Shown here: positions 28,970-39,503 of the stretch, one piece after another
How the letters are laid out: every line of letters begins with the position of its first letter
Numbering within the stretch: position 1 is the first letter of the stretch
DNA from: a candidate division FCPU426 bacterium
GTDB taxonomy: Bacteria; Oederibacteriota; Muellerivitia; Muellerivitales; Muellerivitaceae
NCBI GenBank assembly: GCA_963796105.1
Contig: CAWCKJ010000006.1
Span: forward strand, 224,001-288,000
Length of the DNA stretch: 64,000 bases
Reading direction: 5' to 3'
Notes under the pieces: model-generated
Databases searched by the model: none
What the model was told of the DNA's origin: nothing
Seen by the model: the letters and a program-made list of their open reading frames with translations, nothing else
Made by a program: the position numbers and the translations under genes

Positions 28970-31819
28970 ATGGCCGATTACAAAGCGACCCTCAACATCA
29001 CCCAAACCGCCTTCCCCATGAAGGCCAACCTGCCACAGACCGAGCCCCTAAGGCTGAAACTTTGGGAGGACCTGGGCTATCACCAGGGCATTCGGCGCAA
29101 ACCAGGCGCTCCCCAATACATCCTTCACGACGGCCCTCCCTTCGCCAACGGCGATATCCACATGGGCCACGCGCTCAACAAGGTTTTGAAGGACATCATC
29201 GTCAAGTACCGGACCCTGAGGGGGTTCGACAGCCCTTATATCCCCGGCTGGGACTGCCATGGGATGCCCATCGAGCATAAGGTGGTCGAGAAATTGGGCT
29301 CCAAGGCCAGTACCATGACGAAAGTCGAGATTCGGAAGGAATGCAGGAAGTACGCCGATAAATTCCTCGAGCGGCAGAAGGAGGAGTTCAAGCGCCTGGG
29401 GGTTTTCGGGGATTTCCTAAAACCCTATTCCACGATGGATCCCTCCTATGAGCTCTCCCTGGTCAAGGCCCTGACCCAAATGATCTCGGAAGGCTATGTC
29501 AGCAGGCGTTTGAGGCCCATCCATTGGTGTCCCGTTTGCAAATCCGCCCTGGCTGAAGCCGAGGTGGAATACGCGGATCACGAGTCCCTCTCCGTTACTG
29601 TGGCTTTCCCGGCAAAGCTTCTGCCGGAAGGCCTGTTCCCCAATACTCCACGGAAAAACCTCTTCTTCCTGATTTGGACCACGACCCCCTGGACTTTACC
29701 GGCGAACCTGGGCATTTCCGTCCATCCCGATTTCGAGTATGTGACCGTCCAGGTGGGGGAGAACCATTACATACTGGCCAAGGTCCTGCTGGCTCAGGTG
29801 GCAGGGGCCTGCGGGTGGAATATGCCTGAAATCAAGATTGTGGATGAGGCCCGGGGACGATCTTTGGATAAGGCCCTTGCGCGCCATCCCTTCCTCGAGA
29901 AGGACTCGCTCGTCATGGTGGGCCCCCATGTCACCGCCGACACGGGCACGGGGTTGGTCCATACGGCCCCGGGACACGGCCGGGAGGACTATGAGATTGG
30001 CCTTCAATACGGCCTGGAGGTTTATTCCCCCGTGAATGAGGCCGGAAGGTACGACTCCCGCTTCAAGGAATTCGAGGGGGTTTCGGTATGGGACGCCAAC
30101 CCGAAAATCGTTGAAAAACTCAAGGGGTTAGGGCTTTTGCTGTCAGTGGAAACCCTGAAACACAGCTATCCCCATTGCTGGCGGTCCAAGAATCCCATCA
30201 TATTCCGGGCCACGGCCCAATGGTTCATCGAGCTGGACCATAAGGACTTGAGGAAGAAGTGCCTGGAAGAAATCGAAAAGGTCCAGTGGATTCCAACCTG
30301 GGGCAAGGACAGGATTAGGAACATGGTGGAAGGCCGGGCCGATTGGTGTATTTCCCGGCAAAGATCCTGGGGTGTTCCCATCACGGCTTTCTATTGCAGG
30401 AATTGTCACAAAATCGTGGATGACCAAGAAATCCTGAAAAAAATAGTCCTCAAGGTTGAGAAAGAGGGGATCGAGGGCTGGTTTGCGGGGGGCAATTACG
30501 GCTGGTTGGACAACTTAAAATGCCCCAATTGTTCCTCGAGCGAATTCGTGAAGGAAGAGGATATTTTGGATGTCTGGTTCGAGTCGGGGAATTCCCATTT
30601 CGCCGTCCTGGACAATCGGGAAGAATTGAAAAATGGGAAACCAAGCGAAAAGCCCTTTGTCCTGTACCTGGAGGGAGGCGACCAGCACCGGGGATGGTTC
30701 CAAAGCGCCCTTTGGACCGGGGTAGCCTTAAAGGGCCGCGCCCCTTTCAGCGGGGTCTTGACCCACGGCTGGGTTTTGGATGCCGAGGGAAAAGCCATGC
30801 ACAAGAGCGCTGGGAACGTGATTGATCCCATGGATATGGTGAAGAAATACGGGGCCGACGTCCTGCGCCTTTGGGTCTCCTCGGAGGATTTTACGGAGGA
30901 TGTGGCCATCAGCGAGGAAATGCTCAATCGGATGTCCGAGGCCTACCGCCGCATCCGCAATACTTTCCGCTTTATCCTTGGGAACCTTTCGGACTTCAAT
31001 CCCTCTTCACACCGGGTGGTTGAAAAGGATTTTCTTCCTCTCGACCGCTGGGCCTGGATGGAAGCCCAAAGGACCCTTTCGGCCATGACCACGGCCTACG
31101 AGCAATACCAGTTCACGAAGGTTTTCCACCAGGCTGACCATTTCTTTTCCGTGGGCTTGAGCGCTGGTTATTTCGACATATTAAAAGACCGCCTCTACAC
31201 ATTCGAGGCGGATTCCAAGGCCCGCAGGGCCTCCCAAACGGTTCTTTATGACATCCTCATGGGTTTTGTCGTGGCCCTCGCCCCCATCCTTTCCTTCACC
31301 GCGGAGGAAATCTGGCAGTCCCTCCAAGAATCCTTCAAGAAGAAAGGCGAGAAAAGTGTCTTCCTGGCCCAGTGGCCTGAGTTGGAAACCCCGAAGGACG
31401 AGGCGTTCCTCCAGGAATGGGAGGATATTTTTTCCGTCAAGAGGGCTGTCTCGAAATCCCTCGAGACCCTGAGGCAGAATAAAACTATCGGAAGCTCTTT
31501 GGAGGCTGAGGTCGATTTATACGTTGAAAACGAGAAGGTGCTGCAGGTCCTTCAAAAACACATGGAAAACCTCCGTTATTACTTCCTAGTTTCCAGGGTA
31601 GGACTCCAATCCGGGAAGGGTCCCGCTGATAGCGTGGAGGCAGAGGAGGCCCGGCTGAAGACCCGTATTTGGCCCAAAAAATCCCCGGGGCAAAAATGCG
31701 CCAGGTGCTGGAATTACTATCCCGCGGAGCAGATGGATAAGGCCCATCCCGATATCTGCCACCGCTGCGGCCCGATCGTGAAGAAACTGGGCGGAACCGG
31801 CGAGGGAACGGCCTCGTGA
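28970..31819 (+). CDS. ileS: isoleucine--tRNA ligase (IleS1 type)
   Basis: HDGPPFANGDIHMGH, WTTTPWT, WCISRQR, AMHKS, C-terminal KCARCW...CHRC zinc finger. Confidence 0.97.
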   Translation: MADYKATLNITQTAFPMKANLPQTEPLRLKLWEDLGYHQGIRRKPGAPQYILHDGPPFANGDIHMGHALNKVLKDIIVKYRTLRGFDSPYIPGWDCHGMPIEHKVVEKLGSKASTMTKVEIRKECRKYADKFLERQKEEFKRLGVFGDFLKPYSTMDPSYELSLVKALTQMISEGYVSRRLRPIHWCPVCKSALAEAEVEYADHESLSVTVAFPAKLLPEGLFPNTPRKNLFFLIWTTTPWTLPANLGISVHPDFEYVTVQVGENHYILAKVLLAQVAGACGWNMPEIKIVDEARGRSLDKALARHPFLEKDSLVMVGPHVTADTGTGLVHTAPGHGREDYEIGLQYGLEVYSPVNEAGRYDSRFKEFEGVSVWDANPKIVEKLKGLGLLLSVETLKHSYPHCWRSKNPIIFRATAQWFIELDHKDLRKKCLEEIEKVQWIPTWGKDRIRNMVEGRADWCISRQRSWGVPITAFYCRNCHKIVDDQEILKKIVLKVEKEGIEGWFAGGNYGWLDNLKCPNCSSSEFVKEEDILDVWFESGNSHFAVLDNREELKNGKPSEKPFVLYLEGGDQHRGWFQSALWTGVALKGRAPFSGVLTHGWVLDAEGKAMHKSAGNVIDPMDMVKKYGADVLRLWVSSEDFTEDVAISEEMLNRMSEAYRRIRNTFRFILGNLSDFNPSSHRVVEKDFLPLDRWAWMEAQRTLSAMTTAYEQYQFTKVFHQADHFFSVGLSAGYFDILKDRLYTFEADSKARRASQTVLYDILMGFVVALAPILSFTAEEIWQSLQESFKKKGEKSVFLAQWPELETPKDEAFLQEWEDIFSVKRAVSKSLETLRQNKTIGSSLEAEVDLYVENEKVLQVLQKHMENLRYYFLVSRVGLQSGKGPADSVEAEEARLKTRIWPKKSPGQKCARCWNYYPAEQMDKAHPDICHRCGPIVKKLGGTGEGTAS

Positions 31820-32292
31820 TCCTCCTGGGTATCGCCATGTTCGTGATGGCCCTGGACCAGACCACCAAATTCCTGATTATCCGCTCTATCCACCTCAATG
31901 ACTCCACCACAATCCTTCCGAACTATATTTATCTCACCTATATCCAGAATCCGGGAACGGCCTTTGGCTTTATGTCCAACATGGAGCTCTTCGTGCGGAT
32001 CCCTTTTTTCGTGATGGTGACCGGCCTTGCTGCCTTTATTGTCCACATCTACCAGCGGTTCCTGCCTCCGGAACGGCACCTCTCCCGGATTGCCTTGGGA
32101 TTGGTCCTGGGAGGAGCCTTTGGGAATTTCATCGACCGCCTTCTCCATGGGAAGGTCATCGACTTCATCGACCTGCGGTTTCACGGATTCCAGTGGTATA
32201 TCTTCAACGTGGCTGATTCCTGCATAACGGTGGGCCTCCTCTTCCTTTTTATCGAGTATTTACTCCCGAAAAGAGATAAAAAAGCCCTATGA
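31816..32292 (+). CDS. lspA: lipoprotein signal peptidase II, copy 1
   Basis: LDQ.TK, NPGTAFG, GGAFGNFIDR, VIDFI, FNVAD. Confidence 0.94.
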   Translation: MILLGIAMFVMALDQTTKFLIIRSIHLNDSTTILPNYIYLTYIQNPGTAFGFMSNMELFVRIPFFVMVTGLAAFIVHIYQRFLPPERHLSRIALGLVLGGAFGNFIDRLLHGKVIDFIDLRFHGFQWYIFNVADSCITVGLLFLFIEYLLPKRDKKAL

Positions 32293-32771
32293 GAATCCTC
32301 AATGTCTCCCTTTGGGCCCTGCTCTTGGACCAGATCTCAAAATTCTCCATCATCCATTACCTGCGCCCGGAACAATCGGCAACCTTGATCCCCAATTTCT
32401 TCTATTTCACCTATGTGCAGAACCCAGGGGCGGCCTTTGGTTTCATGGCCGACATGAACGCGATGGTCCGGATCCCCTTTTTCATCGCCATCACCTTCGG
32501 CGCCGGCTTGATCATCTATTCCTACCAGCGTTTAATACCGCCCGAGAAGGTTTACACCCGTTTCGCCCTGGGACTGATTTGGGGCGGGGCCTTGGGGAAC
32601 TTCGTGGACCGGGTTTTCCACAGGAAGGTGGTGGACTTCATCGATGTGCGCTATTACCATCACCAGTGGTACGTGTTCAACCTGGCGGATTCCTATATCA
32701 CGGTCGGGTTGTCGATCCTGGTCCTGATTTTCTGGCTGGGTAAAAATGAAAGCCCCCTCGAGAGGTTTTAA
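32289..32771 (+). CDS. lspA: lipoprotein signal peptidase II, copy 2
   Basis: LDQ.SK, NPGAAFG, GGALGNFVDR, VVDFI, FNLAD. Confidence 0.94.
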   Translation: MRILNVSLWALLLDQISKFSIIHYLRPEQSATLIPNFFYFTYVQNPGAAFGFMADMNAMVRIPFFIAITFGAGLIIYSYQRLIPPEKVYTRFALGLIWGGALGNFVDRVFHRKVVDFIDVRYYHHQWYVFNLADSYITVGLSILVLIFWLGKNESPLERF

Positions 32772-33575
32772 ATGTATCCCATTTTGTTTTCCCTGGGCCC
32801 GCTCCACTTCTATTCCTATGGGTTCTGCCTGGCACTGGGGCTGGGTCTGTGCCTTTTCCTCTACGGGAAGGACGCGGGGAAATATATCGCCCCTAAAGTG
32901 AAATTATCCTATGAGCAGGGATTCCAGAAGGTATTTGACTTCGGGATCTGGCTCACCCTTTCCTCCATCATTGGCGCCAGGCTTTTTTACGTCATGGAAA
33001 ATAACGTAGAGTTCCAGAATGGGAAATGGCTGGACGCCTTCAAGATTTGGCAGGGAGGTTTGGTTTATTATGGCGGATTTTTCGGGGCCTTGATCGCGGC
33101 TTTTATCTGGTTTGGGGCGGAAAAATGGCCTCTTACTTATTCCTTTGATTTGATAGCGCCCTATACGCTCCTGGGACAGGCTATCGGCCGGGTCGGTTGT
33201 TTCCTGAACGGTTGTTGTTATGGAAACGTGAGCCAGAAGTACGGGATGGTATTCAGGGGCGGGGATGACCAATTGCCGCATCTTCCCACCCAGCTTTGGG
33301 AATTGGTTGGGGACCTGGCCTTGTTTTTCATCCTCATTTTGGGCCGAAAATACACCCTTCGTTATTCCTGGTTGAACCTCACCCTCTATGGCTTGACTTA
33401 CGGGACCCTCCGGTTCGTGATCGAGTTCTGGCGGAGGGATTGGGATAAAAGATACCTCGTTGTCTTCAACTCGGCATCCCAAGCCGTCAGCGGCATCATC
33501 ATGGCTTTGTCCCTGGCGGCATTGGCCTGGATTTGGGCTAAATACCGGAAGAATAGGCCACCCAATCCGGCCTGA
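32772..33575 (+). CDS. lgt: prolipoprotein diacylglyceryl transferase
   Basis: IGARLFYV, IWQGGL..YGG, GQAIGRVGCFLNGCCYG, PTQL.E, RF.IEF.R. Confidence 0.93.
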   Translation: MYPILFSLGPLHFYSYGFCLALGLGLCLFLYGKDAGKYIAPKVKLSYEQGFQKVFDFGIWLTLSSIIGARLFYVMENNVEFQNGKWLDAFKIWQGGLVYYGGFFGALIAAFIWFGAEKWPLTYSFDLIAPYTLLGQAIGRVGCFLNGCCYGNVSQKYGMVFRGGDDQLPHLPTQLWELVGDLALFFILILGRKYTLRYSWLNLTLYGLTYGTLRFVIEFWRRDWDKRYLVVFNSASQAVSGIIMALSLAALAWIWAKYRKNRPPNPA

Positions 33576-33593
33576 TTGATATATCCTTCCCCT

Positions 33594-34559
33594 ATGAAAT
33601 CCACTTCCTCCAAACCCAAAGAAGTCTCTTTTGCGGTCCCGCCTGAATATTCGGGAAAGCGCCTGGATGTTTTCCTGGTTGGACAAATACCTCATGTCTC
33701 GCGGACCCACATCCATGATTGGGTTAAAAATGGCAACGTGATTTCCTCTACCCGCCTCAAGGGGTTAAAGCCCAGTCTTGTAATCAAGGAGGGTGAGACT
33801 TTCACCGTTCATATTCCGCCCGTGGTGAAATCCCACATGGAAGCCCAGCCCCTGCCCTTGGATGTGGTTTTCGAGGACCAACAGGTCCTGGTGGTGAACA
33901 AACCTGCTGGATTGGTGGTGCATCCGGGAGCCGGAAATCCCGATAAGACCTTGATGAACGCCTTGGTGGCCCATTGTCCCGAAATCGAGGGTGTGGGAGG
34001 GGTTCTCAGGCCGGGAATGGTCCATCGGCTGGACAAGGATACCTCAGGGTTGTTGGCGGTCGCCAAGACAGATGTAGCTTTCCGGGCCCTGGTCAAGCAG
34101 TTGAAATCCAGGAAAATGGGAAGGGAATATTTGGCGATCGTGAAGGGGCTACTGGATGAAAACGGGAAGATTGACGCGCCGGTAGGACGGCATATCATGG
34201 CCCGGAAAAAAATGGCGGTTCAGGCGGAAAGCGGCCGTCACGCAATCACTCATTTCCGGCCATTGGTGAGCGGGGAAAAAGCCAGCCTCCTGCATTTGAA
34301 ATTGGAAACCGGCAGGACCCACCAGATCCGGGTTCATATGTCTTTCATCAAGCATTCGGTACTGGGAGATCCCATTTATGGTGGCGAGACGCAAGGGATA
34401 AACCGTCAAATGCTTCACGCTTTCCGGCTTTCCTTCACACATCCCAAGACCGGCATCAAGAAATCTTTCATGGCCCCTCCTCCAAGTGATTTCCAGGACT
34501 GCCTAGATTCCATCAATGTCCAAGCGCCTGATTGGAAAGAAATTGCTTGGGATGAATAG
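33594..34559 (+). CDS. rluD: RluA/RluD-family pseudouridine synthase
   Basis: S4 domain RLD.FL, NKPAGLVVHP, HRLDKDTSG, ETGRTHQIRVH. Confidence 0.88.
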   Translation: MKSTSSKPKEVSFAVPPEYSGKRLDVFLVGQIPHVSRTHIHDWVKNGNVISSTRLKGLKPSLVIKEGETFTVHIPPVVKSHMEAQPLPLDVVFEDQQVLVVNKPAGLVVHPGAGNPDKTLMNALVAHCPEIEGVGGVLRPGMVHRLDKDTSGLLAVAKTDVAFRALVKQLKSRKMGREYLAIVKGLLDENGKIDAPVGRHIMARKKMAVQAESGRHAITHFRPLVSGEKASLLHLKLETGRTHQIRVHMSFIKHSVLGDPIYGGETQGINRQMLHAFRLSFTHPKTGIKKSFMAPPPSDFQDCLDSINVQAPDWKEIAWDE

Positions 34560-34576
34560 TAATCCCTGACTCAACT

Positions 34577-35077
34577 TTGGCAAATTCAATCTGGACGCAC
34601 TACATCTCCCCCTCTGAAAGAGGGCGAGTTTCGATGCCATTCTGTAGTGTCCAATTATCGGCCAAAAGGCCCCCAAATCCCGCCTATCCTAAAGAGCTGA
34701 AAACCATTGGGGACCACCTGCGTAAGCGTCGTCTTGACCTCGGCCTGTCGCAAAAAAAGGTGGCGGCCACTCTGGGAGTTTCTCTTTTGACCATAACCGG
34801 CTGGAAGCTCGGTCGGTATGGCCCCCAACGCTCCCACCTGCCGGCGATAATTGGCTTCCTCGGATATTCTCCTATCCACCATGACAAGATTGACGAAAAC
34901 AATATTGTCGAGACCATGAAGCGGTATCGCCTTTCCCACGGTCTCTCCCAGAAGAAGTTCGCCAAACTACTTTTGACGGATCAAAAGACGATCACCATGT
35001 GGGAAGTCGGCAGACATGTTCCGTCGATGAAGCTTGTGGAGAGGTTCTCAAGGCTCAAGATAGATCTTTCCTCTTGA
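34577..35077 (+). CDS. double XRE/Cro helix-turn-helix protein, copy 1 (alternative ATG 34634)
   Basis: GDHLRKRRLDLGLSQKKVA..LGVS and YR..HGLSQKKFA...WE.G...P. Confidence 0.8.
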   Translation: MANSIWTHYISPSERGRVSMPFCSVQLSAKRPPNPAYPKELKTIGDHLRKRRLDLGLSQKKVAATLGVSLLTITGWKLGRYGPQRSHLPAIIGFLGYSPIHHDKIDENNIVETMKRYRLSHGLSQKKFAKLLLTDQKTITMWEVGRHVPSMKLVERFSRLKIDLSS

Positions 35078-35246
35078 GTCTCCGAGACGCTCCGAGAATG
35101 ACTTGGTTTTACCGGTATAAAGGACGTTGCGTTGACTCTAGGACTTTCTCGGCGATACCCCGCCACTCTAAAAAAGGTGGGCGACAATAGAAAAATTAAC
35201 CCTCGGCGTGGTGGTGAAAAGAGAAAAGGTTGAAAAACATTAAATT

Positions 35247-37583
35247 TTAGGTAGGTATACCCAGTGATCGATAAGTCTTTTGTCTGCGCCATGTCATTTT
35301 TTTAAGTACCGGCACGAAATCATCCAAATAGTCATAAACCACCGCGCTTTTTTTGTCGTTATAAACCCGTTGGATTCGTCCCAAATATTGAATTAATTTT
35401 CCCTTGAAGGAAATTGGGAAAGTCAAGAATAGAGTGTCCAGCCTTGGGCAGTCAAAGCCTTCTCCCAAGTATTGGCCTGTGGCCACGAGGAGTATTTCGG
35501 CTTCGGGTGCCGCTTCCATGACCCCTTGAAGGACAGACGCCCGTTCTTTCTTACCCATTTCCCCGGTTAAGAGCCCTGGGGTCTTGCCGTGTTTTCTTAG
35601 CATCTCCACCAGCCGATGACAATGTTCTTTCCGTTGGCTCAGCACAAGGCATTTCCGACTTTCCGATAGGGCTTTAAGAACATCCCCAACAATCATTTCA
35701 TTGCGTGATTCATCCTGGTACAAAGCCTGAAAAATTCCTTGAATCGAGAATTCTCCTTCAATTTGTTCAAATCGGAAGTTGGTTGGCCGGGTTTTTAGAA
35801 TAGTCTTCAAGCCATCCTTGGATTCAGTCATACGGTATCGCAAAGGCCCGCATTGCATAAAAATCAAATCTTGTAGCCCATCCCTGCGGATGGGCGTGGC
35901 GGTCATCCCAAGAATGTAGCGGACCGGTGCTTGCTTAACATACTGCTCGAAGGACACGGCGGGCAGGACATGGCACTCGTCCACCAGGATGAAACCATAC
36001 CGACAGAAAAATTCTCTTAAATCCTCCATTCGTTTAAGACTTTGAATCATAGCCAAATCCACAATCCCTGTAGAACGTTTCCTGCCCCCACCCACTTGGC
36101 CGATCTGCCGAGGTTTCAATCCCAACATCTTTTTCAACTGGGCGCGCCATTGGTCCAGTATAGGTTTGCGGTGTGAAAGGATAAGTGTAGGCAAGTTGCG
36201 TTTGGCAACGGCATAACAGCCCATCACCGTTTTTCCGGCGCCCGGGGGGGCCACTAAAACACCCGTTTCATGGCGTAAAACTTCCTGGATGGCTTTTTTC
36301 TGCGTATCGGTCAGCTCGCCTTGAAATTTAAATGTTAATGGTTTTAAAACTGGGCGGGTATCGGTCAACTCTATGGAGCTTCCGGATTCTTCCAGAATTT
36401 TTCTTATATCTTCCAGGGTTCCACGTGGGAAATGGAGATAAGCTGCGTCTTCCTCATAGCATCGGATAAAACGTGGAATGCCATAGGTGGAGAATCGCAT
36501 ATTTTGGCGTTCATAAAAAACGGGATTATGAAGTGACGCCAGGTGTTTGAGTTGGGACAACAGCCAGGGCGGTATTCCTGATTTTTCGATAGCGACGGAA
36601 GCATCCAAGACACAACGGATTAAGGATGAGGCTGGATATTTTTTCTTGAGAACTGGTGATACGGTCTTTGTCGTTATTTGGGGGCCTACTTCAATAATCG
36701 GAATTCTTTCTAACAAAACGGATAATTGAACCGGGCTCAAGCGCCGGATGGAACTTAAGAATGTCCACTGGTCTGGATAGGGTTTCAAATCCGAATCTTC
36801 CAAATTCAGGAACTCCGTGCACCCCATTTTCCGGCATTGTTTTTGTAATGGAAGAGCGATCAAATTTCCGAACCCGCCCCTAGGCATAAAATCTTGGTTC
36901 GGGAAGAAACGGTCGTAGCTGGCCAAGTCCACTTCGGCTCTTTTTTCCATAGTGTCCCGTAAAAGACGAAGACCTAGTTGTCGGGCGGAAACAGCCTGGA
37001 CGGGGGCCGAAAAGAAAACCCAAGCGTGGCCGCCGTTCCCGGATCTGGATTTTTCCAGGTAAACCGGAATGCCGTAAGAAGCGCAAGATTGAAGGTAAGC
37101 CAATGCATCCAATTCCCAACCGGTTTTGTCGAAGTCACAGGCAAGGAACCAACAGGTATTGTCCTTGAGAAGCGGATAAACACCGATGGTTTTCTTCCCC
37201 GAAAGGTGCTCTTGGATAACTTGATCGGTCAGGGGGTGGTACTTTTTGGGCTTACCTTTTCCCACCCAAGGATTTTCGCAGGCCGGGGAATAACCCTTCT
37301 TACCAGTTGTTTGGTTCATCCACAGTGCCGGATACACATCCTCTCGACCCTTAAAGAGGATGCGAAAGAGGCTTATTTTTTCCTGACTAGAAGAGTGGGA
37401 GTTCACCTTTGGTAATGGCTCGGATGGTAAAGGAGTGGGCAGAGGCTCTTCAACGACATAATCGCTAGGAGATTCTTGGACACCAATGACCATTTCATGT
37501 GGCAGGCCCAACCGCTTTTTAAGCTCGACGTTTTCCAGACGTAGTTTTTTTATTTCCTCGAGGGCTTTTTCCAATTCGGACAT
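35247..37583 (-). CDS. AEP primase (TOTE-type) domain fused to an SF2/ResIII-like helicase
   Basis: LF.GREDVY, IGVYPL, DFD, E.SRSGNGGH.W.F, GNLIALPL (AEP); APPGAGKT, DECH, TATP.R.D, GEGFD, Q..GR..R (SF2). Confidence 0.88.
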   Translation of the reverse strand: MSELEKALEEIKKLRLENVELKKRLGLPHEMVIGVQESPSDYVVEEPLPTPLPSEPLPKVNSHSSSQEKISLFRILFKGREDVYPALWMNQTTGKKGYSPACENPWVGKGKPKKYHPLTDQVIQEHLSGKKTIGVYPLLKDNTCWFLACDFDKTGWELDALAYLQSCASYGIPVYLEKSRSGNGGHAWVFFSAPVQAVSARQLGLRLLRDTMEKRAEVDLASYDRFFPNQDFMPRGGFGNLIALPLQKQCRKMGCTEFLNLEDSDLKPYPDQWTFLSSIRRLSPVQLSVLLERIPIIEVGPQITTKTVSPVLKKKYPASSLIRCVLDASVAIEKSGIPPWLLSQLKHLASLHNPVFYERQNMRFSTYGIPRFIRCYEEDAAYLHFPRGTLEDIRKILEESGSSIELTDTRPVLKPLTFKFQGELTDTQKKAIQEVLRHETGVLVAPPGAGKTVMGCYAVAKRNLPTLILSHRKPILDQWRAQLKKMLGLKPRQIGQVGGGRKRSTGIVDLAMIQSLKRMEDLREFFCRYGFILVDECHVLPAVSFEQYVKQAPVRYILGMTATPIRRDGLQDLIFMQCGPLRYRMTESKDGLKTILKTRPTNFRFEQIEGEFSIQGIFQALYQDESRNEMIVGDVLKALSESRKCLVLSQRKEHCHRLVEMLRKHGKTPGLLTGEMGKKERASVLQGVMEAAPEAEILLVATGQYLGEGFDCPRLDTLFLTFPISFKGKLIQYLGRIQRVYNDKKSAVVYDYLDDFVPVLKKMTWRRQKTYRSLGIPT

Positions 37584-37617
37584 GGGAACATCCTTCACCG
37601 TAAAACCAGAAATGAAA

Positions 37618-38838
37618 TTACGCGAAATAACGGAGAGGCTCGGCAGCTCCCGCCACGAGTACTTCTCCGTTTTCTAGTTTGTGATTGTTCCAGACGGGGC
37701 GGTTAACGAGTTGCAGGCCCCTTTTACATGGTAAGTTTGACAAAAAGCGAGGCCAGTTTTTAGAGGGCTCTATATCTGAACTTTTAACCTCCACCGGCAA
37801 CCAAGGTATGCCGTCCCGAACAACAAGGAAATCGATCTCTCGTTTCTCCTTATCGCGGAGATAAAAAAGATCAAAAACGCCCTCACCAGTATCTGTCCAA
37901 TAGTTGCAGGTTTTTAAAAGATGACAGGCCACCAGATTTTCGAATCTCGCGGATTCATCCTGTATGGAAGAATAATCCCACAAGTAAATCTTTCCTTCCT
38001 TACGCAGTGAGCGGGGGATACTTCGGGTAAAGGGCTTTACCTCGAAGAGGTAATAAAGTTCCTTGAGATAGGACGTCCACCTATTCACCGTTGGGATGCT
38101 GGCTTCCAGGTCGCGGCTCAGGGAAGCCGTACTGAAAAGGGAACCGACCCTTTCCGGGAGCATTGCCGTCATCATTTCAATACGACCCAATTCCGGAAGA
38201 TGGGAAAGATCACGCAAGTCCTCTCTTATCACCAATTGTTCCCGGTTATTGTGCCAAATACGCGCCTTGTGCAAGTCTTGGGTAAATAACGGTTCTGGAA
38301 ACGGGCCATAAGTCATCAAGGAAAACAAACGATTTTCAACGGCCTTGTTCGGACCATCTGTCCTCCCGAAGAGGGAAGACAAAGTCTTCTCCGGAGAAAG
38401 AATAACCGGTGTTTCCATTTCCCGAACCGAAAATGGATGAAGTCGGAAATTCAAGTGGCGCCCCAATAAACTGTCACTGCCTTTTCTGTACACATTAAGC
38501 CTAGCGCTTCCTGTTACAAGAAAATCGCAAGGGGTTTCAAGGGTGTCATAAATGCCTTTGAGGTTCCGTTTCCAGCGTCGGTCCTTGTGAATTTCGTCTA
38601 GGACAACTAAGGGTATTTTCTTTCCTTTAGCTTTTGGAATGAGAGAGGAGGGATTGTTCGCCCAAATACGGCGAAAGGCAATATCATCCCAATTCTTGTA
38701 GAGACCTATAGCTCTTTTTTGAAGAAACATCTTGGCGACTGTTGTTTTGCCGCACTGACGTGGCCCCGATAAGAAAGCGATTTTGTGCCCGGAGAACGCA
38801 AATTTCTCGATAGCTTGTGTAATGGATCTGTTTTTCAT
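37618..38838 (-). CDS. AAA_14 ATPase with DUF4143 / PD-(D/E)xK C-terminus
   Basis: GPRQCGKTT, LDEIH, TGSA, K.YL.D, FEN.V, EIDF...VEVK; start codon uncertain (ORF extends to 38898). Confidence 0.88.
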   Translation of the reverse strand: MKNRSITQAIEKFAFSGHKIAFLSGPRQCGKTTVAKMFLQKRAIGLYKNWDDIAFRRIWANNPSSLIPKAKGKKIPLVVLDEIHKDRRWKRNLKGIYDTLETPCDFLVTGSARLNVYRKGSDSLLGRHLNFRLHPFSVREMETPVILSPEKTLSSLFGRTDGPNKAVENRLFSLMTYGPFPEPLFTQDLHKARIWHNNREQLVIREDLRDLSHLPELGRIEMMTAMLPERVGSLFSTASLSRDLEASIPTVNRWTSYLKELYYLFEVKPFTRSIPRSLRKEGKIYLWDYSSIQDESARFENLVACHLLKTCNYWTDTGEGVFDLFYLRDKEKREIDFLVVRDGIPWLPVEVKSSDIEPSKNWPRFLSNLPCKRGLQLVNRPVWNNHKLENGEVLVAGAAEPLRYFA

Positions 38839-38999
38839 TCCGACCATTGTAACGGGGGTCGTTAGTTTGGTCAAATCCTGATGATCGCAGGGAATCAAAT
38901 ATGTTTTTCAAGCCACTCATAAAAGTCGAAAAAGCTTGAAATGCAAGGATCGCGAGCCAGTCTCGGAAGATTCCAACCATCAACCTAGCCGCAGGCCGT

Positions 39000-39395
39000 C
39001 TAAATATCTCCACGATAATTTAAAGAATGACTTTGTTTGAGCTCTTCTTTTAGGTAGTCCATAATAAAACCATCTATTCGTTTCCAAATGTAGGAAACAA
39101 ACCGCACTCTTTTCTTTATGCCTTGCTTATTCCGGTAGTTTAAGTTGTAGGTCTTAATCTTTTCGTAAAGGATAATGACACCTAATGAAACTATATCTTC
39201 CTTGTGCTTATAAAGCAGAGCAGGGATGACTTTCTGGTGTAGCCTATATAGGAGAAATCCGACGTGGCGCAGAACCATTTCCTGTCTGCTTTTTACACAA
39301 CCCTTTTGTGCCAGGGAAATAAGGTGTCTTTCTTGTCTGAGGGAGATATTCTTGTTTCTATAAGCACGGATGCTTTCCCTATAAACTTGTAACAT
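39000..39395 (-). CDS. short sigma70-like protein (regions 1.2 and 2 only)
   Basis: IS..QE..LI..AQKG...SRQEMV..H..., EDIVS.G...L...I..Y, RFVSYIWKRI...I..YL; stops after 131 aa. Confidence 0.6.
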   Translation of the reverse strand: MLQVYRESIRAYRNKNISLRQERHLISLAQKGCVKSRQEMVLRHVGFLLYRLHQKVIPALLYKHKEDIVSLGVIILYEKIKTYNLNYRNKQGIKKRVRFVSYIWKRIDGFIMDYLKEELKQSHSLNYRGDI

Positions 39396-39503
39396 GGAGG
39401 TCAAAAAAAGTTGGAATTAATATGTCTTCAGGAACTTTAATCATATTTTCTCTTTAAAATAATGGATGTTGCCAAATCATCCATGGAAAGATTGGTGTAG
39501 CCG

